This document shows positions 48,815 to 58,831 of a DNA stretch of 64,000 nucleotides, in pieces; positions within the stretch are counted from its first letter, which is position 1; every line of letters begins with the position of its first letter. Below the pieces are notes generated by a model. The model made no database searches. It was not told the origin of the DNA and was given only the letters and a program-made list of their open reading frames with translations. Both the position numbers and the translations under genes were made by a program. The DNA is taken from positions 50,292 through 114,291 of the IMG/VR virus record IMGVR_UViG_3300022937_000008. One strand, written 5' to 3'. Source of the DNA: a virus.

Positions 48815-49210
48815 TTAAGAAATTGCTGTTAATACGATGTAGTCTGCTGATGAATCGTTTTCTAGATACCAAGTATACTTGTTACCAGAAAAGTCAGTAG
48901 CAACACGCTTAGTAATTTTAGCAATGTTTACTAGATCAGCGTCAAGGTTACCTGTTGTAGAACCTTGTAACTGCATTTCACCTTGTGCAGCTGGTGTACC
49001 ATTTTTCAACTTACAAGTTAGATAATTTGCAGTTGTTCCAATGTCGCCAACTCTTACTACTGTGAATGAAGTTGCTCCACGTTGTTTAATAATAACACCG
49101 TCTGTTCTATTTGATGTGCCATCGTGGAAATTAACAGTGATACCTGTATCTGAAACTGGTGATTTGATTACATCTACACCATTTACATCTTTTCTAAGTG
49201 GTCTTCCCAT
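48815..49210 (-). CDS. Virion-module protein (possible head decoration)
   Basis: MGRPL start, IIKQRG motif; near gp23; SD AGGAG. Confidence 0.7.
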   Translation of the reverse strand: MGRPLRKDVNGVDVIKSPVSDTGITVNFHDGTSNRTDGVIIKQRGATSFTVVRVGDIGTTANYLTCKLKNGTPAAQGEMQLQGSTTGNLDADLVNIAKITKRVATDFSGNKYTWYLENDSSADYIVLTAIS

Positions 49211-49221
49211 TTGTTTTCTCC

Positions 49222-49312
49222 TATGTTTAGAAGTCCGATGCGGGTTCTAGCCGCTACGAGGTTTGGTTTCCCCATAAGTCCACCACCTTGGTGGCACACT
49301 ATCTGACACAAG
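49222..49312 (-). ncRNA. Candidate structured cis-regulatory RNA with H-type pseudoknot next to the SD
   Basis: GCGG-CUAGAAC-CCGC hairpin; loop UAGAA complementary to downstream UUCUA; upstream GCCAC/GUGGU hairpin; TAAATA at 49313-49318. Confidence 0.55.
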
Positions 49313-49315
49313 TAT

Positions 49316-49588
49316 TTATCTTTTGCTCAACAAAGCCATAAGTTCTACCTTACTTATAGTATTCATTAGTGCATTGATTTTGTCTATTTCGTCTTGTGCT
49401 TTTGCAATAGCGTGAGTGCTTTTTGTTTGTTTATAGCGTATTAGATGCTCCATATAGTTTTTCATATGGCCTTCTACTGCTGTTTGGATTGTTCTTACAT
49501 CATGTGAGAACATAGGAAAACGCTTCTTCCACTTATCGAATTGATCTCTAAGTTTATTGAAATCTTCGTGACTTGTAATATCTTCCAT
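49316..49588 (-). CDS. Hypothetical helical protein
   Basis: Start moved to ATG 49588, 5 nt after TAAATA (49594-49599). Confidence 0.7.
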   Translation of the reverse strand: MEDITSHEDFNKLRDQFDKWKKRFPMFSHDVRTIQTAVEGHMKNYMEHLIRYKQTKSTHAIAKAQDEIDKINALMNTISKVELMALLSKR

Positions 49589-49628
49589 AACAATATTTAA
49601 CACTCTTTTTGGCAGATTGTCAAGCCAT

Positions 49629-49659
49629 AAAAAAAGGGCGGTATAAAACCGCCCTTTTT
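49629..49659. terminator. Intrinsic terminator after gp23
   Basis: AAAAAAAGGGCGGT-ATAAA-ACCGCCCTTTTT. Confidence 0.9.
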
Positions 49660-49680
49660 CGTAACACTTAAAAGTGTAAA

Positions 49681-50871
49681 TTAAGCAAAACGTAAGTTAG
49701 CTGAAGTTACAGCAACTTTGCCTAAGTAGTCAGCAGCATTACCAAGAGATGAAGCTGTGTTGTTTAATTCAACGTAGCCATATCTTGTCATGAAGCTAAC
49801 AACTGGTTCGAATGTACCTGGATCAAGTACAACACCGCTTGACATTAATGGAATGTATGGGCAGTAGAACGCAGCAGCGTCAGATTCTGAAGAACCTTTG
49901 TAACCAACTAGTACATCGTCAGATGTAGCATAGCCGTTTACATACACACGCATTGCACTGTTTAAAGTACCTACAAACTTAGTGTTTGTCGGAGCTTCAA
50001 AAGTACCTTCTGTTGTTCTTGCGAACGCAGAAGTTGTAGCAGACTGAAGAAGTGTTAACACTGTTGGTGAAACCACTGCCCAGTTACCTGCGCCACGACG
50101 TGTACGTTGTGCAATCAAGTTTGCAACACGGTTGATTTGAACAGCCAATGCAGCGTGTTCGTCACCAACGAATGTAGCAGTACCTGATACAGCAGCTTGA
50201 TCGTATGTCAATGCAGCAGTACCTGCTAGTGAGCTAAGAGATCCGATGATCTCCTGGTCGATCTCAGCAGTAATCTCTTGTGCAAGAGCTGCCATGATCT
50301 CAGCTTCAACGTCAATGCCCTGTTGAGCTTGAGCGTCTTGAGCTGCTTCAAAAGTCCAGCGAGCTGACAATTTACGTGTCTTCGCTTCGACTGTTTGTTT
50401 CAAGATTTGAATGCTTAGTCTTGTACCAGCTTCACCTTCTAAAGTTGCTGTAGCAGCAGCTCTGTTAGATGAAATTGTAGACCCTGCTGTAGTAGCAGAA
50501 TAGCCTTCAGCAATCTTGAATGGGCTTAATGCCTCTTCACCAGCTGTTGTTCCAGTTACACCAGAACCTGTTACAGCATCAGCGTAACGAACTCTTAATG
50601 TATGGATTTGACCAACTGGTCCAGTCATTGGTTGTACACCAACTAGTTCATTAGCAATGACTGTTGGCATAACACGTCTGATCACTGGAAGGATGACGCG
50701 ATTTAGGGTTGCAACGTTACCGGCGGAAGTAGCACCAGCTGTAGCGGACTCTGAAAGATACTTGCGAGTGTTCTCAAGAGTGGCAGCCATAACTGAACGC
50801 TTGTTACCTTGAAGGCCTTCTAATAATGCCTCTTTGGTTTCCGACCAGCGTGACTCTAATAGTTGTGACAT
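49681..50871 (-). CDS. gp23: Major capsid protein (396 aa)
   Basis: True start ATG 50871 with SD AAGGAG; LVGVQPMTGPVG, EAKTRKLSARWT.EAAQD, FYCPYIPL, FMTRYG. Confidence 0.97.
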   Translation of the reverse strand: MSQLLESRWSETKEALLEGLQGNKRSVMAATLENTRKYLSESATAGATSAGNVATLNRVILPVIRRVMPTVIANELVGVQPMTGPVGQIHTLRVRYADAVTGSGVTGTTAGEEALSPFKIAEGYSATTAGSTISSNRAAATATLEGEAGTRLSIQILKQTVEAKTRKLSARWTFEAAQDAQAQQGIDVEAEIMAALAQEITAEIDQEIIGSLSSLAGTAALTYDQAAVSGTATFVGDEHAALAVQINRVANLIAQRTRRGAGNWAVVSPTVLTLLQSATTSAFARTTEGTFEAPTNTKFVGTLNSAMRVYVNGYATSDDVLVGYKGSSESDAAAFYCPYIPLMSSGVVLDPGTFEPVVSFMTRYGYVELNNTASSLGNAADYLGKVAVTSANLRFA

Positions 50872-50884
50872 TTGTATGTTCTCC

Positions 50885-51976
50885 TTAAACTTTAAGTCCC
50901 GCAAGTCTGCGGATATCAAAAATCTCAGCAGTTTTTTCTCCACTGCTTTCTTGTGCCTGTGCTTTATCGCCTGTAACTTCTTTGCCTTCAGTAAGCGCCT
51001 TCTTCGCTGGTACATTGCCATCCATCACGGCGCCAATGTACTTGTCAAAAGTAGCGTGTAATTTGTTAGTCTGAACAGATTCTAGTAGTTCACTCATAAC
51101 TTCGCGCTTGTCTGTACTTAAAGGTGATAAAAGTTCATTCATCACTTCTTTTCTAGCTGCGCTATCTTTCATACGAGCAATCTCTGATTCACGACTTTCA
51201 ACTAGTTTTTCTGCTTCTGCAATTTTTGCTTCAGCTTCTTTAACTGCATCTTCTTTCTGTTTTACAACTTTAAGAAGTTTTGCTGTCTCAGATTTTTCAT
51301 TTAGATAACTAGCCGCGTATTCACTTGAAAAACTTTCAAAAATTCTGCGACCAAAATCATTTTTACGTGCTGCATCAATATCTTCTTTAAGTTGTGACAT
51401 CTCAGAACGTAGTCCTTTAGAGACTGTTTCTTTGACTGCATCAGAAGCTTTTGCAATAAATTCTTTCTTGACAGATTCAAATTTTGCTTTGCTATCGCGA
51501 ATTAACTTCACTTTAGTTTCAGCTAGATCTTTTTTGTCAGTGTGGAATTCGGCAATTTCTTTTGCTAATGCGTTAACTATGAAAGATTCTAATTTAGCAA
51601 CGTTATTTGCTACACTCTTACGATCTTCATGTAGTTCAGCTAGTTCTTTTTTCAAGTTGTTAAGAACAAATGATTCCATTGCTTTGGAATCATCTTTCAT
51701 TTTCTTAGCGTACTTGGCTCTAGCTTCAATAAGTCCTTGACGATCTTCAGCAAACTCAGATAGTTCAGCTTGAATTCTATCAGCTAACATCTTTTCTACT
51801 GCTTCTGCCATTGCAGACTTATCATGCTCATATTTTTGAGCGAACTCTTCACGTAATTGTGCAGAGACTGTGTCGCGGTTTTCTTGAATAGCAGTTTCCC
51901 AAGCGGTCTCAATCTCCGACTTGACATCTTCGGAAATCACGTTATTTTCAAATAACTGTTTTACGAAATCTAACAT
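50885..51976 (-). CDS. gp22: Prohead core scaffold protein
   Basis: E/K-rich coiled coil between gp21 and gp23; many LxE sites. Confidence 0.85.
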   Translation of the reverse strand: MLDFVKQLFENNVISEDVKSEIETAWETAIQENRDTVSAQLREEFAQKYEHDKSAMAEAVEKMLADRIQAELSEFAEDRQGLIEARAKYAKKMKDDSKAMESFVLNNLKKELAELHEDRKSVANNVAKLESFIVNALAKEIAEFHTDKKDLAETKVKLIRDSKAKFESVKKEFIAKASDAVKETVSKGLRSEMSQLKEDIDAARKNDFGRRIFESFSSEYAASYLNEKSETAKLLKVVKQKEDAVKEAEAKIAEAEKLVESRESEIARMKDSAARKEVMNELLSPLSTDKREVMSELLESVQTNKLHATFDKYIGAVMDGNVPAKKALTEGKEVTGDKAQAQESSGEKTAEIFDIRRLAGLKV

Positions 51977-51989
51977 TTTGTGATTCTCC

Positions 51990-52616
51990 TTAAGATTTTA
52001 GACCTTGAATTATTTTCTTCAAGCTCTCTGCTATATATCGTTGTGCCTGTGCGTCGCCTTTTACTTCTTGTGCAACTTTATATGCCTGAAATCCACCATT
52101 TGTATTCATTAGGTGTTCATAAACTGGTGTAGGATAAGCTCCCGGAGCACTTGGTTGGGCTACAATGTCCACTGTAACAATTTCAAATCCTTGAACGTTA
52201 CCGCTCGGGTCTACCTCTCCTGAACCTCTACTGCTTACACCTAATTTAACTCCTGATGTCAACATAGTTTCAATCAGTTGTCCCATAGGTGTAGGCAACA
52301 TTTTAAGTTTTCCGTAGCCGTTAGGACCGTCCATCCACATTTTAGTAATCATGTGTGATACACGGTCGAGGTTTATTTTTAAATCTTGAGGATGATCAAC
52401 TTCGCCTAGCACTGAATACCCCCCAGAAATCTGTTCGTTGAGCGTCTTGACAGCCCTATCAATTTCCTTAGAAGAATAAACACGTTGGTTAGCATTACGA
52501 ATGTCACCCTGAATACAGATGCCACTCAAGTGTAATGACTTACCTTCGCCTTCATCACGCTCAAGTACGATTTTAGCCTGATCGAAGCTCAGATGTTCTG
52601 TTAAGCTAGTTTTCAA
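51990..52616 (-). CDS. gp21: Prohead protease
   Basis: NANQRVY, LGEVDHP, RVSH, PTPMG, LGVSSRGSG, DIVAQPSAPGA. Confidence 0.95.
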   Translation of the reverse strand: MKTSLTEHLSFDQAKIVLERDEGEGKSLHLSGICIQGDIRNANQRVYSSKEIDRAVKTLNEQISGGYSVLGEVDHPQDLKINLDRVSHMITKMWMDGPNGYGKLKMLPTPMGQLIETMLTSGVKLGVSSRGSGEVDPSGNVQGFEIVTVDIVAQPSAPGAYPTPVYEHLMNTNGGFQAYKVAQEVKGDAQAQRYIAESLKKIIQGLKS

Positions 52617-52631
52617 CCTTATTATCCCCTA

Positions 52632-53510
52632 TTATCTACGACCACGGAAAATTGAATCGGTGTTGCCAGCGCCGCTTTCTTTGTTTGCTGCACCACTTTC
52701 TTTGCTCATTTTAGTAGCGTTTTTAGAACCTGGTGTGTTTACATTACCAAAGTCATCAACTTTAGGTGCTTTTGCGCCAGTTCCACCTTTCTCTTCGCCT
52801 TTGCTTCCGAGAATGTTTGCTGCTGTACCACCCATATCATTTTTACCTGCTACTGGTGATTTTGTGTCAGCGCCTGATTCTGTGCTTTTTACACCCGCTA
52901 CTTTTTCAACGTACTCACGCATTGTTGCAAGTTCGTCTACTTCTGGAGCAATTTCGTCAGCAACTGGCTCTAAAGATTCTTCTTCAGCTTCTTCATCGCC
53001 TGCTTCGCCTTCGTCGCCTTCGTCTCCACCTTTAATTTCATCAAATTTAGCTTGTAGTTCGTCAACAATAGAGTCTAGATCTTGGAATAACTCTTCTGGC
53101 TCTTTGTCGCCTTCTTCGTCATCACCTGTGATATCAGCTTCTAGATCGTCTGTTGCGTCTCCGCCCATATCCATGTCGTCAGCTGGATCTTCTTCGTCAT
53201 CAGCTTCTACAGCTACTTCTTCAAATTCTTCGTCAACTTTGTCTTCGTCATCATCTTCTGATGCTTCGTCAACTTTGTCTTCTTCTGCATCGTCGTCTTT
53301 TGATGCTTCATCAACTTCTTTGTCTTCAGCATCTTCGTCTTTTGCAGCTTCGTCTACTTCCTCATCGTCAGTCATTTCTTCCTGGATAAGGTTTTCATAA
53401 ATTTCTCTTGATTTTCCTACAACGTACTCATGAAAAAGCTCTTCGGCTTTTGCTTGATCGTCGTTAACTAGATGCTCAAGCATCTGTTCTAATTGTGATT
53501 TATCTGCCAT
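52632..53510 (-). CDS. Highly acidic prohead core protein (gp67/gp68-like position)
   Basis: D/E-rich with (K/E)VDE repeats; between portal and protease; late promoter at 53549-53554. Confidence 0.75.
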   Translation of the reverse strand: MADKSQLEQMLEHLVNDDQAKAEELFHEYVVGKSREIYENLIQEEMTDDEEVDEAAKDEDAEDKEVDEASKDDDAEEDKVDEASEDDDEDKVDEEFEEVAVEADDEEDPADDMDMGGDATDDLEADITGDDEEGDKEPEELFQDLDSIVDELQAKFDEIKGGDEGDEGEAGDEEAEEESLEPVADEIAPEVDELATMREYVEKVAGVKSTESGADTKSPVAGKNDMGGTAANILGSKGEEKGGTGAKAPKVDDFGNVNTPGSKNATKMSKESGAANKESGAGNTDSIFRGRR

Positions 53511-53576
53511 TTTGTTCTCCTATAGATTGGTAAGGCTGTTTTGTTATGTATTTACATAACATTTATAAAAAGCTGG

Positions 53577-54236
53577 TTAAATGTGCATATTTTGAGCCGT
53601 TTGAAGATGATATATAGTCCCTCCGAAGGTATTTTCGAAGTCTTCATGCGAAATATGCCTTAAATTGGTATATTGCGGCCCTAATTTGTCAGGTATAAAT
53701 CCTCCTGGTTCAATAACTCTATAAAATTTAATAGACTTAAATTCTTTTATTACCTTTTCTGTTTGCGACAACCAATTACCAAAAAACGTAGCTGAGTCTA
53801 CACTTTTTTTATAATTGAATGTATTTGCATACACATTATTAAATTTTCCGTCAAGTCCTTTGTAATCGAACCCATGAATATATATCTCTTTATGCCCATT
53901 TTGTGCGGCAAACCATAGTGCAGTAGGTCCACTTGACCATCCTTTATGTGGGCTAAAAAAGTTAATTCTTGACTTTGTTTTAATGCCTTTGTTAGGGTTT
54001 GTCCATAATGTACCCTTGTGATGATAGCCTGAATCAATGATTTCATTAACCATTTTAACATCTACTGCTACTAAAAAGTTAGGATCAAATTCTCTATATT
54101 GTGCATTACATCCGTACACAATTCCGTACTCAAGTAACTTTTTCATATCGACTTTTTGTCGACTTTTACCATTACCTAGTACAAATGCGGGACGCTTATA
54201 GATTTTCTTATTCTGCTGGTTCTGCTGGGGTTGCAT
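53577..54236 (-). CDS. Maf/DUF115 (glycosyltransferase-like) protein
   Basis: AFVLGNGKSR, YGCNA, LVAVD, SSGPTA, IYIHGFD motifs. Confidence 0.6.
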   Translation of the reverse strand: MQPQQNQQNKKIYKRPAFVLGNGKSRQKVDMKKLLEYGIVYGCNAQYREFDPNFLVAVDVKMVNEIIDSGYHHKGTLWTNPNKGIKTKSRINFFSPHKGWSSGPTALWFAAQNGHKEIYIHGFDYKGLDGKFNNVYANTFNYKKSVDSATFFGNWLSQTEKVIKEFKSIKFYRVIEPGGFIPDKLGPQYTNLRHISHEDFENTFGGTIYHLQTAQNMHI

Positions 54237-54447
54237 ACATTTGCCTTATAAATTCTAGTTCAGATTGTTTTTCTGCTGTATGTGCTTCAGCAGCCATTCT
54301 GATTTCGTTTATTTGGCGAAGTGTAAGCCTGATTTTTCTAGTATCTGACGCTTTAAGAACAGACGTGTCTTTGCTGTTGTCGTATCTTTTGTCGACAGCA
54401 AAGTCATTGATTGAATCGTTGAAGTATAAAAATTCTCTTAAAAGCAT
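54208..54447 (-). CDS. Small head-module protein
   Basis: MLLREF.., TRKIRLTLRQIN; TAAATA 5 nt upstream. Confidence 0.75.
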   Translation of the reverse strand: MLLREFLYFNDSINDFAVDKRYDNSKDTSVLKASDTRKIRLTLRQINEIRMAAEAHTAEKQSELEFIRQMYATPAEPAE

Positions 54448-54458
54448 ACTACTATTTA

Positions 54459-56168
54459 TTACTGCGAGACAGTTTCACTACCTGCCGCAGCTCCCTCTCC
54501 GCCTGCAGGTTCAGCAGCAGCCGCTTGATCTGGTGTTGCTTCAGCATCAGTTTGCGCTCCTGCTTCTGCTTCCATACCCGCTGGTGTAATACCAGCAGTT
54601 CTTAGCTCTCCTCCAGCATCAGCCGGTGGTTGAAGCATTAGTGAATTTTCTTCTTTCCACAGTCTTTCATTTTCTTTGATTTCTTCTTCAGTTAAACCTA
54701 AGTAACGTTTCATAGCAAAACGTTTTGATAAGTGTGGAACTTGTTGTAATGTACCAAATAGATTTGCTCTTGTAGTATCAAGCTCAGCTTGTCTGTATGC
54801 AGCAAAGTTTTGTGGTGTTTGGAATTTCAAATCAAACAGTGTAGGATCAATGTTATAACCTTGATTGCTTAACCAAAATTTAAATTCTACATCAAATGCT
54901 TCTACAATACTGCTTTGTAGTCTTTCACAATATTTGTTAAAACGAAGCTCTTGAATATATGCTGTTCCTACTTTACCGTCTGCTACTGTGTTAGGTTGTT
55001 CGTCAATTGAAGTTGGCAAATAAGAAGCCGGAATTCTCAATGCACGGAACAATTTATTAGTAAAGTATTTTAAATCTGTAATTTCACCTAGGTTAGTACC
55101 ACCTGGTAATGTTTCAACTTTAGATCCACGTCCTTCTGCTGTTTGTGGAAAGAAGTAATCTTCGTTGGTTGATAGTGGATTATAACTTGCATCAATAACA
55201 TTTGTGCTACCGCCTGTTTGTGACGGAATACGTCTTTGTTGGATTTCATTCTTAACTTTTTCAACAAAGCTCATTGCCATGTGTGAAGGCATATTACCAA
55301 CGTCTACATAAAAAATTCTTCTTTCTGGAGCACGTTGAATACGATAGATAATAATCGCATCTTCAAGTAATTCTTTTTGTTTGTAAACTTTGAACACACT
55401 TTCTAATAGTGAATTACCAAAAGGATAATTGTTATCCAATCCTTCTGATAGTGAAATGTGCATCACGTGTTCAGCGTCTACTGTAATTTCATTTTGTGCA
55501 TTATGGAAACGTGTGCCTGGTGTTTGTGCTGCTGATCCTACAAAGCCACGACCAAACCCTCCTCCAGTTGTGTATGAGCTGGTTCCACTTGGAGAAGTGT
55601 TTGACGTACCGTGTGGTGTGGTAGCAACTAGATTTTTAAAATTAAAATTAATGTCTTTTATAACATACTGCTCGGGAATCTTTCCTTCGGATTCGTTAAC
55701 AATAATTTTGGAGACTTTTGCTTGATCCACATATAACAATTTCTTAGTTTCTGGATCACGAATGAAAAAACAATCGCCATATTTAAATGTGTTCCTTACT
55801 ACTCTAAAAATTCTAGTTTCAAACTGTTGTTGCTTAGACCATTTTTGTAATGCGTCTTTTAATAATTTTGTTTCAACACCTGTAGGTTGTTTTCTAAATT
55901 TAAAATTAAATGGTGTTGAATTTTCTTTGTCTTTACCTGTACAAAATTCAGCAAGAATATCAAGAGCAGCATTAACTTCTGAATCCATATCCATGGTATC
56001 ATACTGCATATATCTTTCAATTCTATTTGGCGCACCTGCATAAACATCGGGCAAGAAAGATGAGTAGTTAGCACGAGCAGGACCAGCGCGGCCGCCGCCA
56101 CTAATTGGGCTATAACTACCACTCTTGTTATCAATGTTTACAGGTGTAAAATATTTTTTCCAGCTCAT
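54459..56168 (-). CDS. gp20: Portal vertex protein
   Basis: EVNAALDI, LLEDAIIIYRIQRAPERRIFYVDVGNMP, EDYFFP...GRGSKVETLPGG. Confidence 0.97.
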   Translation of the reverse strand: MSWKKYFTPVNIDNKSGSYSPISGGGRAGPARANYSSFLPDVYAGAPNRIERYMQYDTMDMDSEVNAALDILAEFCTGKDKENSTPFNFKFRKQPTGVETKLLKDALQKWSKQQQFETRIFRVVRNTFKYGDCFFIRDPETKKLLYVDQAKVSKIIVNESEGKIPEQYVIKDINFNFKNLVATTPHGTSNTSPSGTSSYTTGGGFGRGFVGSAAQTPGTRFHNAQNEITVDAEHVMHISLSEGLDNNYPFGNSLLESVFKVYKQKELLEDAIIIYRIQRAPERRIFYVDVGNMPSHMAMSFVEKVKNEIQQRRIPSQTGGSTNVIDASYNPLSTNEDYFFPQTAEGRGSKVETLPGGTNLGEITDLKYFTNKLFRALRIPASYLPTSIDEQPNTVADGKVGTAYIQELRFNKYCERLQSSIVEAFDVEFKFWLSNQGYNIDPTLFDLKFQTPQNFAAYRQAELDTTRANLFGTLQQVPHLSKRFAMKRYLGLTEEEIKENERLWKEENSLMLQPPADAGGELRTAGITPAGMEAEAGAQTDAEATPDQAAAAEPAGGEGAAAGSETVSQ

Positions 56169-56180
56169 TCTTTTTCCTAA

Positions 56181-58802
56181 TTAAACAACAAATGCGTCTT
56201 GACTTAATCCGCCAGTTACATTAATATGTTGCTGTTGTAGTTTATTATTCATTCTTGCCAAAGCTACTAATTCTTGTATGCTACTATTTAATTCTAGAAT
56301 AGGATCTTTCTCTACATTTGTGGCTGCTGCCATTTGGGCTTCTTCTGTCATTGGAACACCAGTTGCCAATTCTTCTTCAGTTTTGGCAGCGTCTGGAAGC
56401 GTATTGGACGCAGTGGTTATATTACCTTGGCTGTAACCTCCTCCGCCGTTAACTTCTGCTACTTTGGTTTGGAAATCCTGTACTTCTTGTTCTGTTACTG
56501 TTCCGTCAGCAATCATTTGCTGAGAAGCCTGTTGTCTAGCAGCCATGAGCTGTTGTTGTATTTGGGCTAGTTCTTGTTTTTCATCTTCTGCTGACCAACC
56601 AACCGAAGAAAAACTATTATCTGCAATTGCCTGTTGTAGTTTCTCTGCTTTGGCTTCTAGATCTCTAATAGTATCAGGACCTGAAAGTTTTTCTCCAATT
56701 ACTTCACCTACAGCATCACCAGCTTTTGAGCCGGCCCACCAACCAATTGCACCACCTATGAGACCACCAATCGCTGTTCCAACAATTGGAACAGCAGAAC
56801 CAATTGCGGCTCCTGCCATTGCGCCAGTTGCCATACCGGTTAATCCGCCGGTAGTGCTTGTTACTGCTTTTGTTTTTTCGACAGTAGCTTGATTTTGAGT
56901 TATTTCACCCGATGCTAGTTTTTCATCAGCATCACTGTATCTCGAATATCCGTCATATAAAGACATACCTACTGCTACTGGTGCTGCTGCTTTTCCGGCA
57001 ACTCTTAATAGTTTTCCACCCCAAGATGATAGTTTGCCCATCATTCCAGGCTTTGCGCCTGATGGTGTCTTTTGGTTGGTCCAAGAACCGTTGCCGCCTG
57101 GTCCTCCTCTATTCGAACCTGTAAATGCGCCTAGGCCGCTTTTTGCCAAAGTTAAGGCAGTCATTAAAGCGCCTAGTGCTGTAGTTACTCCACCTATAGC
57201 AGCTATAGCTAGTCCCATTTCAGTAGCATATTCGCCTGCCTTTTGCTGCATAGGAAGTGAAAACTCTTTTGCAGCCTTCATTACTAGATCAAATGCATCA
57301 TTGACTGGAGTAATATCAATCTTATTCAACTCAGATGTCATAAATGCAGCAGCTTCGTTGAATTTGTTTCTTACTGCTTCTACTGTCGCTGCATCTACAA
57401 ATTCAGTGCCAGCGGTGCCTGCGGCGATATTATCTTTGATTGTTTTAAGATTAGTTTCAAGCTCTTCGTAGATTTGACCAATTGATTTTTCTCGTTCAGC
57501 AACATCATAAACACCTGTAACCAAATCATTAAATTCAGGAACAAACTTACCTAGTGTTTTAAATAGTGGACTGTCTGCAACTGCTTTGGCTTCGTTTTGA
57601 TATACTTCATTAAACTTAAACACTTGATCTTTGGTAAGTGTTCCTGTTGCTGACATCTGTTGATGCAACTGTTGAGCACTCATTCCTGATTTCTGTAGGA
57701 AAGCCATAGCCTTCATACCTTCTTCAGAAGTTGCAGTACCTGTTGCTAGAATTTCTTTAAGACCTTGTTGGTGCTGTTTTGGAATGGTCTGCATCAACAG
57801 TTCTAGCTGTTTCTGACCATCAGCATCTAGGCTTCTCAACATCGTACGATATTGAGCATCTGCCATTCTTGCGTCTTGTTCTGCTTGAAGTGCTTCTTTG
57901 GTTTTACCTGTTAACTTAGATACAGCATCTAAGTTCTTTAAGTATTCGTATGTGCCTGCACGTAGTTGTGCATCTGTTTGTCCTTGTAGTCTACCACCTT
58001 TAGCAAGTAGTTGTGAGTATTTTAAGAAACCTTCGTTGATCTGCTGTGTTCCATAACCTAATCTGTTTAGATCCTCAAACGCAGAAGTCTTTCTAAATTC
58101 TTTACCAAATTCCTGTAATCGTTTAGCACCAGCATCTGTGCTGCCGCCCAAGAACATTAATGCTTCGCCGTTGCCCTTCATTATTCCTGTGAGCTCACTC
58201 ATTTGTAAGCCCATAGATCCAGCAGCCTGGACAACTCCATTCATGTTGCCGCCGAAGTTAGCACCAACTTGTGCAGCTTCTTGGAATGCTGTTCTTGTTT
58301 TATCTAATGAAGCAAGTGTAGGACCAAATGCCGCAGCAACTACTTGTAGTCCTTTTCCAATACCAGGGATTTGCGCTCCGACTGTATCTAGTGCAGTTCC
58401 GGCACCGGCTAGCGAACCATCTAAACCTGCTAAGGTGCTGTTAACAGTAGAAATACGTTTAACAACATTGATAGCACCGTCGGCTAGACCACCTAATACG
58501 CCAATGGTTTTTGTAATAGCGCCTGCAAAACCGCCATTCAAATTCTTGGCAGTTTTACTAGCTGCGGAACCTAAATTAGCTACATCTGCACCAGATCTTT
58601 TGGTTGTTTTACCAAATTGTTGATTTGATTTAGTAGCAGCAATTGAAGCAGCGCCTAGACCGGTCACTGCTGCCGCAGTAGCTGGATCTATACCGCCTTG
58701 TTTCGCTGATAAAGCCGATAAAATCTTTTGCAGCGTAATTTCAGTCGCGGCATTATTAAGCAGAATCTCTTGATCGCCCAGTTGTCCTGTTACTTCAGCC
58801 AT
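56181..58802 (-). CDS. Tape-measure-like protein
   Basis: 873-aa Ala/Gly-rich helical protein with hydrophobic GxxxG segments; divergent from the hub chaperone gene. Confidence 0.7.
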   Translation of the reverse strand: MAEVTGQLGDQEILLNNAATEITLQKILSALSAKQGGIDPATAAAVTGLGAASIAATKSNQQFGKTTKRSGADVANLGSAASKTAKNLNGGFAGAITKTIGVLGGLADGAINVVKRISTVNSTLAGLDGSLAGAGTALDTVGAQIPGIGKGLQVVAAAFGPTLASLDKTRTAFQEAAQVGANFGGNMNGVVQAAGSMGLQMSELTGIMKGNGEALMFLGGSTDAGAKRLQEFGKEFRKTSAFEDLNRLGYGTQQINEGFLKYSQLLAKGGRLQGQTDAQLRAGTYEYLKNLDAVSKLTGKTKEALQAEQDARMADAQYRTMLRSLDADGQKQLELLMQTIPKQHQQGLKEILATGTATSEEGMKAMAFLQKSGMSAQQLHQQMSATGTLTKDQVFKFNEVYQNEAKAVADSPLFKTLGKFVPEFNDLVTGVYDVAEREKSIGQIYEELETNLKTIKDNIAAGTAGTEFVDAATVEAVRNKFNEAAAFMTSELNKIDITPVNDAFDLVMKAAKEFSLPMQQKAGEYATEMGLAIAAIGGVTTALGALMTALTLAKSGLGAFTGSNRGGPGGNGSWTNQKTPSGAKPGMMGKLSSWGGKLLRVAGKAAAPVAVGMSLYDGYSRYSDADEKLASGEITQNQATVEKTKAVTSTTGGLTGMATGAMAGAAIGSAVPIVGTAIGGLIGGAIGWWAGSKAGDAVGEVIGEKLSGPDTIRDLEAKAEKLQQAIADNSFSSVGWSAEDEKQELAQIQQQLMAARQQASQQMIADGTVTEQEVQDFQTKVAEVNGGGGYSQGNITTASNTLPDAAKTEEELATGVPMTEEAQMAAATNVEKDPILELNSSIQELVALARMNNKLQQQHINVTGGLSQDAFVV

Positions 58803-58831
58803 TTATTTTAAATCCCAGAAATATACGCACA

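Noticed and set aside
49240-49256. GGTTCTAGC resembles the preQ1-I riboswitch loop
   Set aside because: On the non-coding strand for the downstream gene, loop too short, no A-rich 3' tail
50872-51021. 50-aa basic N-terminal extension of gp23 in the ORF track
   Set aside because: Overlaps gp22 in another frame; the SD AAGGAG points to ATG 50871
53225-53365. Tandem DNA repeats encoding (K/E)VDE units
   Set aside because: Ordinary low-complexity acidic repeats of a prohead core protein, not a separate element
52660-53400. 246-aa Ser-rich plus-strand ORF and other long antisense ORFs (e.g. 37853-38470, 57034-57471, 58138-58623)
   Set aside because: Shadows of biased codon usage on the coding strand; no start signals or recognisable motifs
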